DNA from: Microthyrium microscopicum
Lineage: Eukaryota
Direction of reading: 5' to 3'
Assembly: GCA_010405405.1 (NCBI GenBank)
Contig: MU004243.1
Span: 615,340-679,339, forward strand
Length of the DNA stretch: 64,000 nt
The translations under genes and the position numbers were made by a program. Positions 1 to 11,024 of the stretch are shown piece after piece; the first letter of the stretch is position 1, and each line of letters starts with the position of its first letter. A model generated the notes under the pieces. That model made no database searches, had not been told where the DNA came from, and worked only from the letters and a program-made list of their open reading frames with translations.

Positions 1-138
1 CCTGGTGACGATGTCATTGTCCACCCAAGCGTCAAGACTGAGGATGCCAAGAAGATCTGGCCCGAGATCAACATCGTGCGCCCATACCTACGATTCACGC
101 CACTGGCTAAGGAGAAGGTTGGTCCTCAGAAGTCGTAG
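1..138 (+). CDS. PRX1: 3' end of 1-Cys peroxiredoxin (Prx1/Prx6 type), partial
   Basis: Frame 1 reads PGDDVIVHPSVKTEDAKKIWPEINIVRPYLRFTPLAKEKVGPQKS* (TAG 136-138), matching the 1-Cys Prx C-terminal pattern PGDxVIVxPSV...PYLRFT. Confidence 0.85.
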   Translation, partial: PGDDVIVHPSVKTEDAKKIWPEINIVRPYLRFTPLAKEKVGPQKS

Positions 139-2809
139 ACTGGTTGCAGATGCGATGAATGGAAGCAATTGCTGTGGGCAATAACCTGCAAAAGAGCACA
201 TTAGACGATAGGAGGAGAGACGAAGAAATCATGACTGTTAGCGTACTCTTCCTACTACCTGCTGTAGGTAGTTAAAATACATAAAATGTACCCAAGAACT
301 GCATAAAACGTAAGCCTCGCGAGGAGTCTGCATTAGCGTGAAAAGAAATGATACATATCATGCCATCCCGACTGAAGATTATATCATCGTAGATGTGTTG
401 TGAAATACATTGAAAGTGATTGGTCCACTTTTCTTTTCCAATTATACAGCCTACTATTACTGCGACCCTGCGATTACGCAGCTAGCCGAATGCAACAGTG
501 CTTTTGTATCCAGTCTTAGTAGGCATACCTTTAGGAGCTTAGGGGAATTGCTGATTCCGAGTATTTGGGAACAAGTAAAGTTTCAAAGACAATATTGAAC
601 GCTCAAGAGGCGTTTTGCCGACAGTCTGTTTCAACTGATCCTCGAGTTTGTGAACGAGGCCCCTGGATAACAGCAGCAAACTGTAAAAGCCGTCTAGGGG
701 CGTTGTGTGACCGTGATGGTTTCTCTGGTGTGATGGGGTTGGAGATACTCATTGGGTATACGTATTCATACCAAGAGCCAAAGAATTGCCATCATATCAA
801 TTGGGCTTTCAGCTCATTCATTAGTGCAAGTGATGAGGTTATTTACAAAACCCGGGTGTGAGCAATTCCCTCGTGGAGCTATCGTTGGACTTGCAGAATC
901 GCATGGGGTTGGCCACGAGGTTTTTTTGGTGTGTGGGGTAGGTACTTATATTTTGAGCCTGGGACAAAGAAAGCATGGCAAGTTTCCTGCAGACCCTTGA
1001 GCCCCTATGTTCGCCAAAATTGCAGGTATATCGTTCGCGAGGCCATTTCGGGCCGTGAGGCCGTTTGAGTACCTACGGGTATCTGGGTTCTAGTACATGA
1101 CCTCATGGCAATGAATCGTTCTCATAGTCGGCCTCGATGGCGGTAGATGTTAGTCACGGATAGGGCGGGAGGATTCGTATGTATGATATACGGTAGCAGC
1201 CCAAGGAACAGGAACGGACAGTCGACTGGGTTACTTCAAGTATCCAGATTGGGTGAAGTCTGGATTCTGGAACACCGGCGTGGGAGAGTTCGCGGTGTAC
1301 AAAGAGTGTGATTGGAATGCCGCGGATGTCAACGACTCAGGAACCACAAGCAAGCTTGAGCGACTCACGGACATTTCGCGCTGCTTGATTGGCACGCCTC
1401 TTGGGACTGGGGCACCACAGGCACCACGCTTTGCCCCAAGGTTCCAAAACCGCCTTGGTATCTTTCAAGTAAAAAGTCGAGCCAGAAAACACATCGTAGC
1501 AGCTTCATAATCTTGAGCTGTTCTGCTGAAATCATTGACAGAGTTCTTGCAGCACGACTCTGAGATCTTCGTATCCTTTCTTTGCTTTCTCACGCGCTAC
1601 GTTCCGCTGGTGGCTGCTGGCGATCAAATTGTCCTACTTGTTCCGGGTACTTTGCGCGCATCACCAGGCGGGGGACTGCTTTTGTCGTTTCTTCTTTCTT
1701 CATCTCCCGTTGAGACTCGCGTCTCCCTCAGCTTTTGCTCGGAAAGCGAAGCGCATCAGACCTTTCTCATCAAGCATCCTGCGCGCTGCCGGCTGCCGGC
1801 TAGTTGATATTTGAATCCCACAAGCTGCTGGGAGCTATCAGACTCGAGTAAGTACCTTTTTCATGTGATCTTTTTGGATTTCGCACCAGGCTCCCGGGGT
1901 TTCTTTGCTTTTCTTGGTTATTGTTTTGTTGGAAGCAGAGTCGAGTAGGTCAGCGACAAAAGGCAGAGATGCAGGACCTGATGGGCCCTGGTACTTTTTT
2001 ACTAGTTGATGCGGACTTTGTTGTTGGGGTGGAATGATGCTGGCAATAGCGGACTCGCCAAAGCAGGAGGCGCTGCGAACGACATTCGATACGAAAAAGC
2101 CCAACAATATCAACTGGTAGCCGACTGGATAAGGAGGAGAATTATTACATTAGCGATGAAATCCTGGAAATTCCGACCGTCAACCGGGTATTTTGAGGAT
2201 TGCTAGTGATCTGGCGCAAATTGAAGAATATCGTCAACCATCGTCGTGGAAAGATTAGAGTCAGTCTCACAGCATCGCCATTTCCTCTTTCGGCAGACTT
2301 GATAGACATATCTGGCAACTGCGACCGACCTGGAACATCACCACTGCTTCGCACCTACTTTATTTGATCTGAACCAGCGACTACCAAACAAGGCCAGTAC
2401 TATCGTCTGATCGCTCCTTCTCCCTTACGCGGTCGCTCTTACTCGGCGAGGCATCAAGCGTACAAGCGAATATCATAGTCGCTCTCGGTTCCTTCTCGTC
2501 TGGTTTTATTAATGGATCATTGGCAATCCCGGGATCCCCGCTACCCAAAACTTTCAACTCCTCCAACCTCCAATATCCCTTTTTGCCGACTTGACTCTTG
2601 ATCACACATCAATGTGACAACTCTGGCTCGTCTGGCATCAAATCCTGCTTTCTGGCTCTATCTTCGCTTATGGCCTTGTTTGCGCTGCTTGACTCTGCTT
2701 GTCTCTGTTCTCCAAAACCTTCCTTTTCCACCTCCTGCTGTGCTATCGAGATCTACTTTTGTTGCTGTCACAGCATTGATTCTGGTCGCACGAGGCCTAA
2801 GTGCTGACA

Positions 2810-5800
2810 ATGACTCTCCAGTCCGGCCTAGACAGCCCTTCTTCCTTGCTTTCCAACGCTTTCAAGCTCACAAACTCTCCAGCTACTTCTCACTCCTCGA
2901 GCTCAAGCAACGACTCGCCCACTCGCCTTCCCCGCCGTTTTTTACCAAGCCTTCGATTCAGTCAACTTTTAATACCTTTGATACCCCATTTCACCGAGTC
3001 TACAGCGTCATTACTTGCCGACGAGACACTCAAACTCAAAGCTCCTGAGAAACCCCGCCCCAAGCACGTTCCGATTGTTATTCCAGAATATGCCCATCCA
3101 ATACTCTCAAACGAGCCGTTGACACCAAACTCGGAGCGCACTCCAAGCCTAGCTGATTTACCTACACCTTACTCTTCTTCTCACCCGTCACCGACGCTAA
3201 CCGTTCCGCGGCCGCGGCATGTTGAGATCCAAATCCCGGAATTCGTCGCCTTCAAATACCTTCCCCCAACCCCAAGGAGTCTTGAATTTCCGAAACCTAG
3301 CGTAAACTTGGAATCACCACTCAGCATCAAGGAGGTGAGGAATTCCTTGATTGTTATTGGAAAGTGTGAAAAGAATACTATCCTTGCAAGCCCCACGCAA
3401 TTGGGCGAGGAAAAAGAAAGAAAGGACTCGGGCATTTCGGTACGGGGCATGGCCAACCCCTTAAGAGTTAATACTCGAGCAGGTGCAGTAAATTCGAACG
3501 TGGCCATCAATCCTTCTCCGATAGTCTATAACAATATGAACGGAGCTACGCCTGGCCAACAGGCCGGCCGTGCAGCCGGTTCATCTGATTTGCCTTTTCG
3601 ACTAAATACGCAGTCAACAACGCCGGACCCAACGCCAATGTTTACCCCTGGATCGGTACAAGGACAATCTGCCGGCCCATCACCTGCAGTTGCGCAAACT
3701 GCGACTGGAACTCAAAACTCGAGCTCGAATTTGGGACTTTCAGGATTTGTCTGCAATGTTCACCGAACTACAGGCAAAGAACCAAAACCGCTTGTTGGCG
3801 CGACAACGACTATTGTTGGCGACAAGCTTTATGTGTTTGGAGGACGTAGACTTTCAAGAACCAAAACACAATTAACATCGGATCTGTACGAACTCGACCT
3901 AATAAAAAGACATTGGACCAAGCTAGAGTGCAAGGGTGATATTCCACCCCCGAGATACTTTCACAGTGTTTGCGCACTCGGAGATACCAAACTGGTCTGC
4001 TATGGAGGGATGTCACCAACTCTTACTCCAAATGGTAGAATACCTGCTCCAGGCTCTCAAGCGAATGCCCAGGATCCTTCGACAGAAATGGGCGTATTGT
4101 CAGATATCCACATTTATCACATTGAGACAAAAACTTGGATGAGGGTGGCTGCAACCAATGCGCCTCAAGGCCGATATGCACATTGCGCTACAATACTTCC
4201 ATCCTCCGCAGTATTTGCATCGCAAAGAGCACCAATGTCGGCTATACAACATAATCCATCACTGCCAGATGCGCCTAACCAAGGGAGTCTAGGTGTTAGG
4301 CTTGATGGTACCGGAGGAGCCGAAATGATCATTGTCGGCGGTCAAGACGCGGCGAATCATTACATTGAGCAGATCAGCGTCTTCAACCTGCGGAGCGTAA
4401 CTTGGACGTCCACAAGTCCTTTAGGCCGAGCGTGCGGTGCATATAGAAGTGTCACGGCTCCACTAAGCGCAACAGTGGCGTCGCAAGTTGGACTCAGCGC
4501 GCCTGAAACGAACGGAACCACAGACCAGGCTGACAGTCCACCGGATGCTGGCGCAGCAATGCTGATATATTCCAACTACAACTTCTTGGACGTTCGATTG
4601 GAGCTACAAATTCATCTCTCCGATGGTACACTGGTAGAGAAACCAATGCAAGCTGGATCAGCTTCTCCTCCTGGTCTAAGGTTCCCTAACGGAGCTGTCA
4701 TTGATAACCATTTCGTGGTTAGTGGCACATTTCTTACATCATTCAAGCAAGAATACGCCTTATGGGCTCTAGATCTAAGATCTTTAACCTGGAATCGCAT
4801 CGACATCGGATCATCAACCTTCTCACAAGGTAGCTGGAATCGTGGTATTCTATGGGCTCGTCGGAATGCGTTTGTGATTCTCGGGAACCGAAAAAGAAGC
4901 TTGGTCGAAGATTATAACCATAGAAGGGTGAACTTTTCGAACATGTGTGTGGTTGAACTGGAAGCGTTCGGTTTGTATGACAATCCGCGGCGCCTCAGCC
5001 CAATGAGTGAATATAATAGCGCCAGCTCTCCGCTTTCATCAATACCAAGCAGCGTTCCAACAGGTCCATCTACCAACAGCATTGGATCCGCTCCTGCAAG
5101 AACAGAAAAGTCCTTTGACGCATACGCTGGCGGTCGGGAGTTGTCAAAAGCGGCCGAAGAGCTCGGCCGCTTAGCTCAAGCTGCCACAGAATTAGCTGAT
5201 ATGGAGTTTATGGCCATCAACGGTGACCGGATACCCGTCAACTCAAGACTTGTAGCGCGGCGATGGGGCCCATACTTTACCAAACTTCTTCGGGAAGCTC
5301 TATCAGCTGCGCAAGGAGACGATACAGCAACTTTGCGACCAAGCTTACACAACACAGCTCAAAGTAGCCGCAATTCCAGCATCACAATTACCCCAAGTCT
5401 TCAATCTGGATCAGCCAGCCACATGCGAGACAGCGCCGCGACAACAGTGGTCAGCAACCAAGCAATTTCTGATCCCTCAAACCCAGAAACACACATCAAC
5501 ACAGCTGGTCGTCCCCGCACACTCTTCCTGCCACATACTCCCCAAACTATCCAGGCCTTACTACACTATCTATATACCTCGTCACTACCGCCCCAGAATT
5601 CGCAACTCTGCAGCCCACAAATCTTATGCTCCCTCCTACAAATCGCCCGCCCGTACAAAATCGACGGCCTGCTTGAAGCAGTTGTCGAGCGCCTTCACGG
5701 CGTTCTCGATCCTCGCAATACCGCTGCAATTTTTAACGCAGCTGCCATGGCAGCCGGAGGCGGCAACGCCGTTGAGTTCGCCGAAGAAGATCCCAACGCT

Positions 5801-6205
5801 TCTACGCGACTAACGGCCTCTGCAGCAGTCAATATCCAGCGCCCTGAGTCGCCCATTATGGGCTTGGATAGTGCTGGCCCGTCTAGCACGCAACCCGAGC
5901 CGTCGCTGCCGATGCTCAGTCGCCAGACTACAAGAGATGAATCTGAAGAGATATCACGACCATCGACAGCATCGTCCCAATCAGGCACGGAGACGGCCAG
6001 CGAGGACGAGATGAGTGGTAGTCGGACGTTAAGGAAGGAGGAGGTCTGGGATGGTAGTCTCAGTGCCGTTGTTGGCCTTCAGAAACGTGGGCTCAGAGGG
6101 CTCATGGAAGGCAGACGCATACGGGAGATGGGTAGTGCTGCAAGTGCTGGGAGTGTTGGTGCGGCTGCAATCGATCAAGTTGGGTTAGGCATTGCGAGGA
6201 CTTGA
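2810..6205 (+). CDS. ral2: Kelch-repeat + BTB/POZ regulatory protein, Ral2/Mds3/Pmd1 family
   Basis: Intronless ORF. Kelch motifs LYVFGG, PPPRYFHS, LVCYGG, GRYAHCA, MIIVGG; BTB-like ADMEFMAINGDRIPVN...ALLHYLYT. First ATG at 2810; alternative start at 3449 (MANPLRVN). Confidence 0.85.
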   Translation: MTLQSGLDSPSSLLSNAFKLTNSPATSHSSSSSNDSPTRLPRRFLPSLRFSQLLIPLIPHFTESTASLLADETLKLKAPEKPRPKHVPIVIPEYAHPILSNEPLTPNSERTPSLADLPTPYSSSHPSPTLTVPRPRHVEIQIPEFVAFKYLPPTPRSLEFPKPSVNLESPLSIKEVRNSLIVIGKCEKNTILASPTQLGEEKERKDSGISVRGMANPLRVNTRAGAVNSNVAINPSPIVYNNMNGATPGQQAGRAAGSSDLPFRLNTQSTTPDPTPMFTPGSVQGQSAGPSPAVAQTATGTQNSSSNLGLSGFVCNVHRTTGKEPKPLVGATTTIVGDKLYVFGGRRLSRTKTQLTSDLYELDLIKRHWTKLECKGDIPPPRYFHSVCALGDTKLVCYGGMSPTLTPNGRIPAPGSQANAQDPSTEMGVLSDIHIYHIETKTWMRVAATNAPQGRYAHCATILPSSAVFASQRAPMSAIQHNPSLPDAPNQGSLGVRLDGTGGAEMIIVGGQDAANHYIEQISVFNLRSVTWTSTSPLGRACGAYRSVTAPLSATVASQVGLSAPETNGTTDQADSPPDAGAAMLIYSNYNFLDVRLELQIHLSDGTLVEKPMQAGSASPPGLRFPNGAVIDNHFVVSGTFLTSFKQEYALWALDLRSLTWNRIDIGSSTFSQGSWNRGILWARRNAFVILGNRKRSLVEDYNHRRVNFSNMCVVELEAFGLYDNPRRLSPMSEYNSASSPLSSIPSSVPTGPSTNSIGSAPARTEKSFDAYAGGRELSKAAEELGRLAQAATELADMEFMAINGDRIPVNSRLVARRWGPYFTKLLREALSAAQGDDTATLRPSLHNTAQSSRNSSITITPSLQSGSASHMRDSAATTVVSNQAISDPSNPETHINTAGRPRTLFLPHTPQTIQALLHYLYTSSLPPQNSQLCSPQILCSLLQIARPYKIDGLLEAVVERLHGVLDPRNTAAIFNAAAMAAGGGNAVEFAEEDPNASTRLTASAAVNIQRPESPIMGLDSAGPSSTQPEPSLPMLSRQTTRDESEEISRPSTASSQSGTETASEDEMSGSRTLRKEEVWDGSLSAVVGLQKRGLRGLMEGRRIREMGSAASAGSVGAAAIDQVGLGIART

Positions 6206-7157
6206 TGCGAGTAATAGCGAGCATTTGAACGTGAGTGATAACGAGCATTGACTGTCAGAGAGACAGCGAGAAGTGTTGGAGTATCGTTGTGTTTGGGTTG
6301 CTGTGGGCATATATAATGAGTATGAGATACGGAAGCATTTTCAGGTGGGAACAGTGTGCATGGAATATGTGTAGGGTGTAAAGCAAGGTTATGAATTATG
6401 TCCAGATCAGAATATTCTGCGACGAGTTTTTATGAAAGCCTTTTTTAAACAATGGTGTGCTAGGAGGATAGTGATGGGTGGCAACGTCATGATATCGCTG
6501 ATGGACGAGTTCTTGATTGGCAGAGGTTTGATGGTTTTCAAAAGGATTACATTGATAAAAGATGTTGCTAAAACTATGGTGTTTCTGCAGCTGTGGAGAT
6601 GCTAAATACCCTTTTGTTTATATAGGTCGTTTGTTCTTGTCAACATCGTCGTGGTGTTGAGACACTTTGAGAGCTGAAGAAACGTACTCATCCGCTTCAT
6701 TTCCTATCTTGTTGTTATACCCAGGGCTTCAGTCTCGGTGTTGATGTGCTGTGAAGATAGGAACGAATATGTTTGACTTCGCCGCCACTCAGTGCTTCAT
6801 TTCAGTTTGGTCAAAGGAGTGTTCAATTTTGTCTTTTTGGTGTTATAAGTACTAGAGAAGCAACATGTAATGAATGCCATAGTACCATATCATAACCGCT
6901 TTCCTATAAGAACTAGCCCCACGTTTTCCTTCCCTATTGATTTTACCCAATTTCATCCAGTTAGAAACCAACTATTGTCTCCTCGGTTTCTGTGTCAGCC
7001 TCGGACTCTTCCGGCTCCCTGTAGATTCTTCAGATTGTGATGACCCTTCTCTCTTTCTCTTGCCTGTACTGCGTGTGCCAGAACCGCTTGCTATACTCTA
7101 GGACGATCTGGGGTTGTAGGATGGTCGGCTATACGGGGACTCTATTGGGGAGCTACT

Positions 7158-7217
7158 CCGGAAGCGCTGGCTTGGAAATCTGGTGTACCGGAAGCGCTGG
7201 CTTGGACATCTGGTGTA
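7158..7217. repeat. 30-bp tandem duplication (2 copies, 1 mismatch)
   Basis: ccggaagcgctggcttgga(a/c)atctggtgta at 7158-7187 and 7188-7217. Confidence 0.95.
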
Positions 7218-7295
7218 GCCGGATTGCTGTTGATTTGTTCGCCAAGCCATTGTGCGTGCCACTATTGCCCATGTTACAATGGAACTGAAGACTCA

Positions 7296-7901
7296 TTACC
7301 AAGTACTCACTACTCTGAACTGCATGATGCACATCTCGTCGGCCCATTCAAGATGTGCAATACGGTGGTAGACCTTGCCAACGTTGTTCAGCTTGTAAGC
7401 GTTGGATCCTAGCGTTGGATCCTTCTCAAGAATGTGAGGCGGTACATGATACTTCAGTTTCTGATCCCTCGATTCGAAATTGTTCCGGTTGACGTCGGGC
7501 CGGAACATGCTCTCGCGGAACATGTAAAGCGTACAGCCGTATGCTATTCTTATATGCTCTGGTGGATTGCAAGCTGCTCCAGGAGCCCTTTGCCGGTGAG
7601 TCATTTGACAGTCTTCGTGCTGTAACACATAATGAGGGTAATCGCTAGGAGCTGGCCCTCCTGAAAGTTTGAGCCGGCCACAGATTTGCTGGGCTTGGGG
7701 GTCACTTCGCGTTTGGACGTCGGGATTGACATGTTTACACCATTCTATGTAAGACCGTTCGCCATTGCAGTTTAGCCATTCTGGCTTCCGGGCCTTAGGC
7801 GACGATGCATAAGTTTTTAGACAAAGGTGGCTGTCTTGCGGCGAGCTATAGCGACGGTCTAAGCGACCTGCCCAGTGGCTGCATCCTGTGGGATCGGCCA
7901 T
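7296..7901 (-). CDS. Hypothetical Cys/His-rich orphan protein; 3' end uncertain
   Basis: 201-aa ORF with good start context (caaaATGG); possible GTGAGT donor at 7310; no family recognised. Confidence 0.45.
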   Translation of the reverse strand: MADPTGCSHWAGRLDRRYSSPQDSHLCLKTYASSPKARKPEWLNCNGERSYIEWCKHVNPDVQTRSDPQAQQICGRLKLSGGPAPSDYPHYVLQHEDCQMTHRQRAPGAACNPPEHIRIAYGCTLYMFRESMFRPDVNRNNFESRDQKLKYHVPPHILEKDPTLGSNAYKLNNVGKVYHRIAHLEWADEMCIMQFRVVSTW

Positions 7902-7967
7902 TTTGAATGAAGAATAGCCGGACCTCTCGGCTGGAAGATAAGTATCAAAGTATGTACCATAGCGCGC

Positions 7968-8059
7968 GACGGGCAGTTATGTAAATGATGGTTAGGGAAT
8001 CTTAGGAAAGAACGACGGGGAGTTATAGAAATGATGGTTAGGGAATCTTAGGAAAGAAC
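7968..8059. repeat. 46-bp tandem duplication (2 copies)
   Basis: gacggg(c/g)agttat(gt/ag)aaatgatggttagggaatcttaggaaagaac at 7968-8013 and 8014-8059. Confidence 0.95.
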
Positions 8060-9159
8060 GAATCGCTATACCATGTTAGCACCCCTTTCCTATTTCTTGA
8101 TTATGCTTTCATCATTCTGACAATGATAGCTTTATATATATAATCGTAAGAGGGAGAGAAATCGTACATTTATGGTTAAAATCTTCGTAACATGATTTCT
8201 ATTACTCCCCCCTCCATGCTATGGCAGACGAAGCGAGACTCACAGAGCTCAAGTATGAGTATGGGACTCTATTAAAGAGACCTTGAATTGGATGTGATTA
8301 AAGCCATTGACCAGAACAGGCTTGAAGAGTTGATATGATTGATTGTCATTATAAGTTGGAATAAAAGATGATTATGGTATCAATCCTAAAACTGTCATTA
8401 GCTACCTAGGTACTCTTTACTACCTAGAGATTCTGAACTTCTTCACTGACCTGTAAACATGTCGCTTGAACATGGCTATAGCTCTCGACTCGTAGTTGGG
8501 CCAAACCAGATGTTGGAACTAAGATCAATCGAAGGAAAGGCATTTTCCAAACATAGGGATTGTATCGAACGAAGCAGGGCGCAAGCCACTGTCCAGTACT
8601 TCAGACGAAGATCATCGCAGCTCACACATAGTAGTAGACCATCCGCAGAGTCGAGCTCTTTTGGCTCACTATTAACTTATCAAGGTCCCTTGTGGCACTT
8701 TTACTTGTTGTATTTGCTTTTTTTTGCATTTCAGTGTTTCTCGTCTTTGCTCTCAGGTTTTGTTCCTTTGACTGGATCATTTGCTTCAGCTTCAGATGGA
8801 TGAACTCATGAGGCTGTTGAAATTTGATGTAGTGTGTGGATGTCTGAAGTACGACATAGAGCAGTTGTGCCTCCTGGTACCGGTCTGACAATGAAGTTAT
8901 CAAGAATGATAATCTTGAAAGCTGCCTGTAGTGCAGTCATCGTCACTGAGGTATCGATGCAGAGAAGCATCTTGTTAGCAATGCGGCTTTAAGTGAAGGA
9001 GAATTTAGAGTAGGGAGTGGACTTGGATCTTTAGAGAAGACTGAGACTCTGTTAACACAATATACTGCTTCCCCAACTTTCTATGGCCGAACTTGGCTAA
9101 TCTGCATAGTATGCTTCATTTGAAACTAATACTCGGCCTCTGGGCGACTCGATCTTCTT

Positions 9160-10321
9160 TTATTTCCATCCCTTTGTGGTAATATTCCAACCATCCTTTG
9201 CAAATGGCGAGGGGTTTGAAAAGAACATTTTCTTCGACTGTTCATCTCCTTTCAAGATCCATTTGAAGTATGGAACTGCTATTCTACCGTTAACACCTCC
9301 TTGCTTCTCGAAGAAACCGCCGAGATGTCCGACATCTGCGTTTGCCAGAAGTGCAGGAACTTCTGCTGGCAGTTGTTCAAAGTCTTGTTTGCCCTGCAGG
9401 TCATATGTTAGCAAATGATGATAAATATAGATCAAAAAGGAGTGATAAGGTCTCTTACATTTGCGAATGCTACATCTATATCAATGTTAGTCTCCTTTCT
9501 TGCTTCCTAGACATGTCTGTTGAATCACTTACCAGTGACGTCGCCCAAAAAATAAGCTACTGTGCTCTTGATACTCTTCAAGTTCTTCACAGCTGAGCGA
9601 TCAATGTACCCGCTGTTGAATAGCACTGTGTGCTTGATCCTCGGATCTGCAAGAGATACCGTGTAGCTGAGCCTGTCAATACCAATACAACCTCTGAGTA
9701 TGAAACGGGCTTTTACCTTTCAATTCCACCGCAACTTTGCCCAGCAGCAGCAATCTTCTCCAGGTCGATCTGTCCCCATTTTGTTTGCCCACCATTCAAG
9801 CCAAACACCCATTTCATGGAGTCTCCCTGCCAAGAGGCAGTTGTCATACCCTGTGATAGTAGACTGATAGAAGTCATTAAAGAGTCTAAGAGTCCACCGG
9901 ACGAACTTGACTGAGTCGGCGCAGCAGTGGGAAGAGTCCCTGGAGCACCATTGGCAATAACGATGAATCCGTGGCTCGCAATTTCGGTCAGGAAGTTGGC
10001 GAAGAATGCGCCCGCTGCAGCACAGAGTCCATTGCCCCAAATGATCAAGGGCAGTTTAGTGCCATTCACTGCTGTTTTTGGTGCATATATTGTATGTTTT
10101 GTCAAACTTGGATCCGTGAATATTGAGGCGGGATATGGGCCAGATCCTCCGCTGGTATCAAAGTCGGTTTTCACTGGTAGTCCTTTTGACCCGGTGCTGA
10201 ATGCTGATGGGAAAGACGAGAGGCCTTGTGGTGATGGCCCTGGGCGTGGAGCGGGCTCAGCAATTGGAGTTGCTGTTGCGTAAGCGGCAAGAAGCACTAC
10301 GGAGAGAATGTTACTATACAT
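9160..10321 (-). CDS. Secreted alpha/beta-hydrolase (chlorophyllase/polyesterase-like), 4 exons
   Basis: Signal peptide MYSNILSVVLLAAYATA; PLIIWGNG, EIASHGFIVIA, nucleophile elbow GQSCGG. Spliced continuation YFLGDVT-D-VAFAN and VGHLGG completes a Ser-Asp-His triad. GT-AG introns; 17-nt micro-exon at 9459-9475. Confidence 0.85.
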
Positions 10322-11024
10322 GATAAGAAAATTTTCACATCCAAAATTCGAACGTGCTGCTTTCTGGGCGGCATACAGTCTATAAAAGCACAATGCGCGA
10401 ATTTGATTTTACGATTGTAAGCATACTTCGGACAATTCTGGACCAGTCAAGTTCTGCAGTACATTACTTACGGCCATTTCTCTGTGGCTAGTGAGCGTTA
10501 CGACACAGTAGGATTATATAAGTGAGCTCATTAATGTGTGACACGTTGGGGCTTTACGACCTGAATACCCTTTCCAGCTTTCGTAGAAGACAACGCCACA
10601 GCACTATTGAAAGACAATAATTGAGCGGTCCAAATAGAAGTCCGAGCAAAATTGGGTGTCAGGAAACATGTCGTAAGTAATAAATACACCACTTTAGACA
10701 ACGGTCTAACTATCCACGCCACATAAGGCGTCGATGGTATTTAGTACTCACATTCAATTGTGAGCCAGGAACGCTGTAACTATCTCCCGTTCCTTGAAAT
10801 GGTTCACCAGTCATTGAACTGCGACAAGTGTACATTTCTTGTATTGAACAGGATCCTCAGGACATTGCTTTGCTCGCGGCAGACTGCAGTGATTCTTATA
10901 TAGGACTGGTAGACTAATTGCACACAGTGGCCGAAGAATCATAAGAGTTTATCTCTGGTTATGTATGCCAGGGTCGTCCGGTCACCTCATTTCTTCGATT
11001 GTCCAAATTCAAGTAGAAACAACG

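Noticed and set aside
410..2807. Many short ORFs between prx1 and ral2
   Set aside because: No recognisable motifs or consistent exon chain; probably promoter and long 5' UTR
7991..8046. TTAGGG telomere-like hexamers
   Set aside because: One hexamer per unit of the 46-bp duplication; not an array
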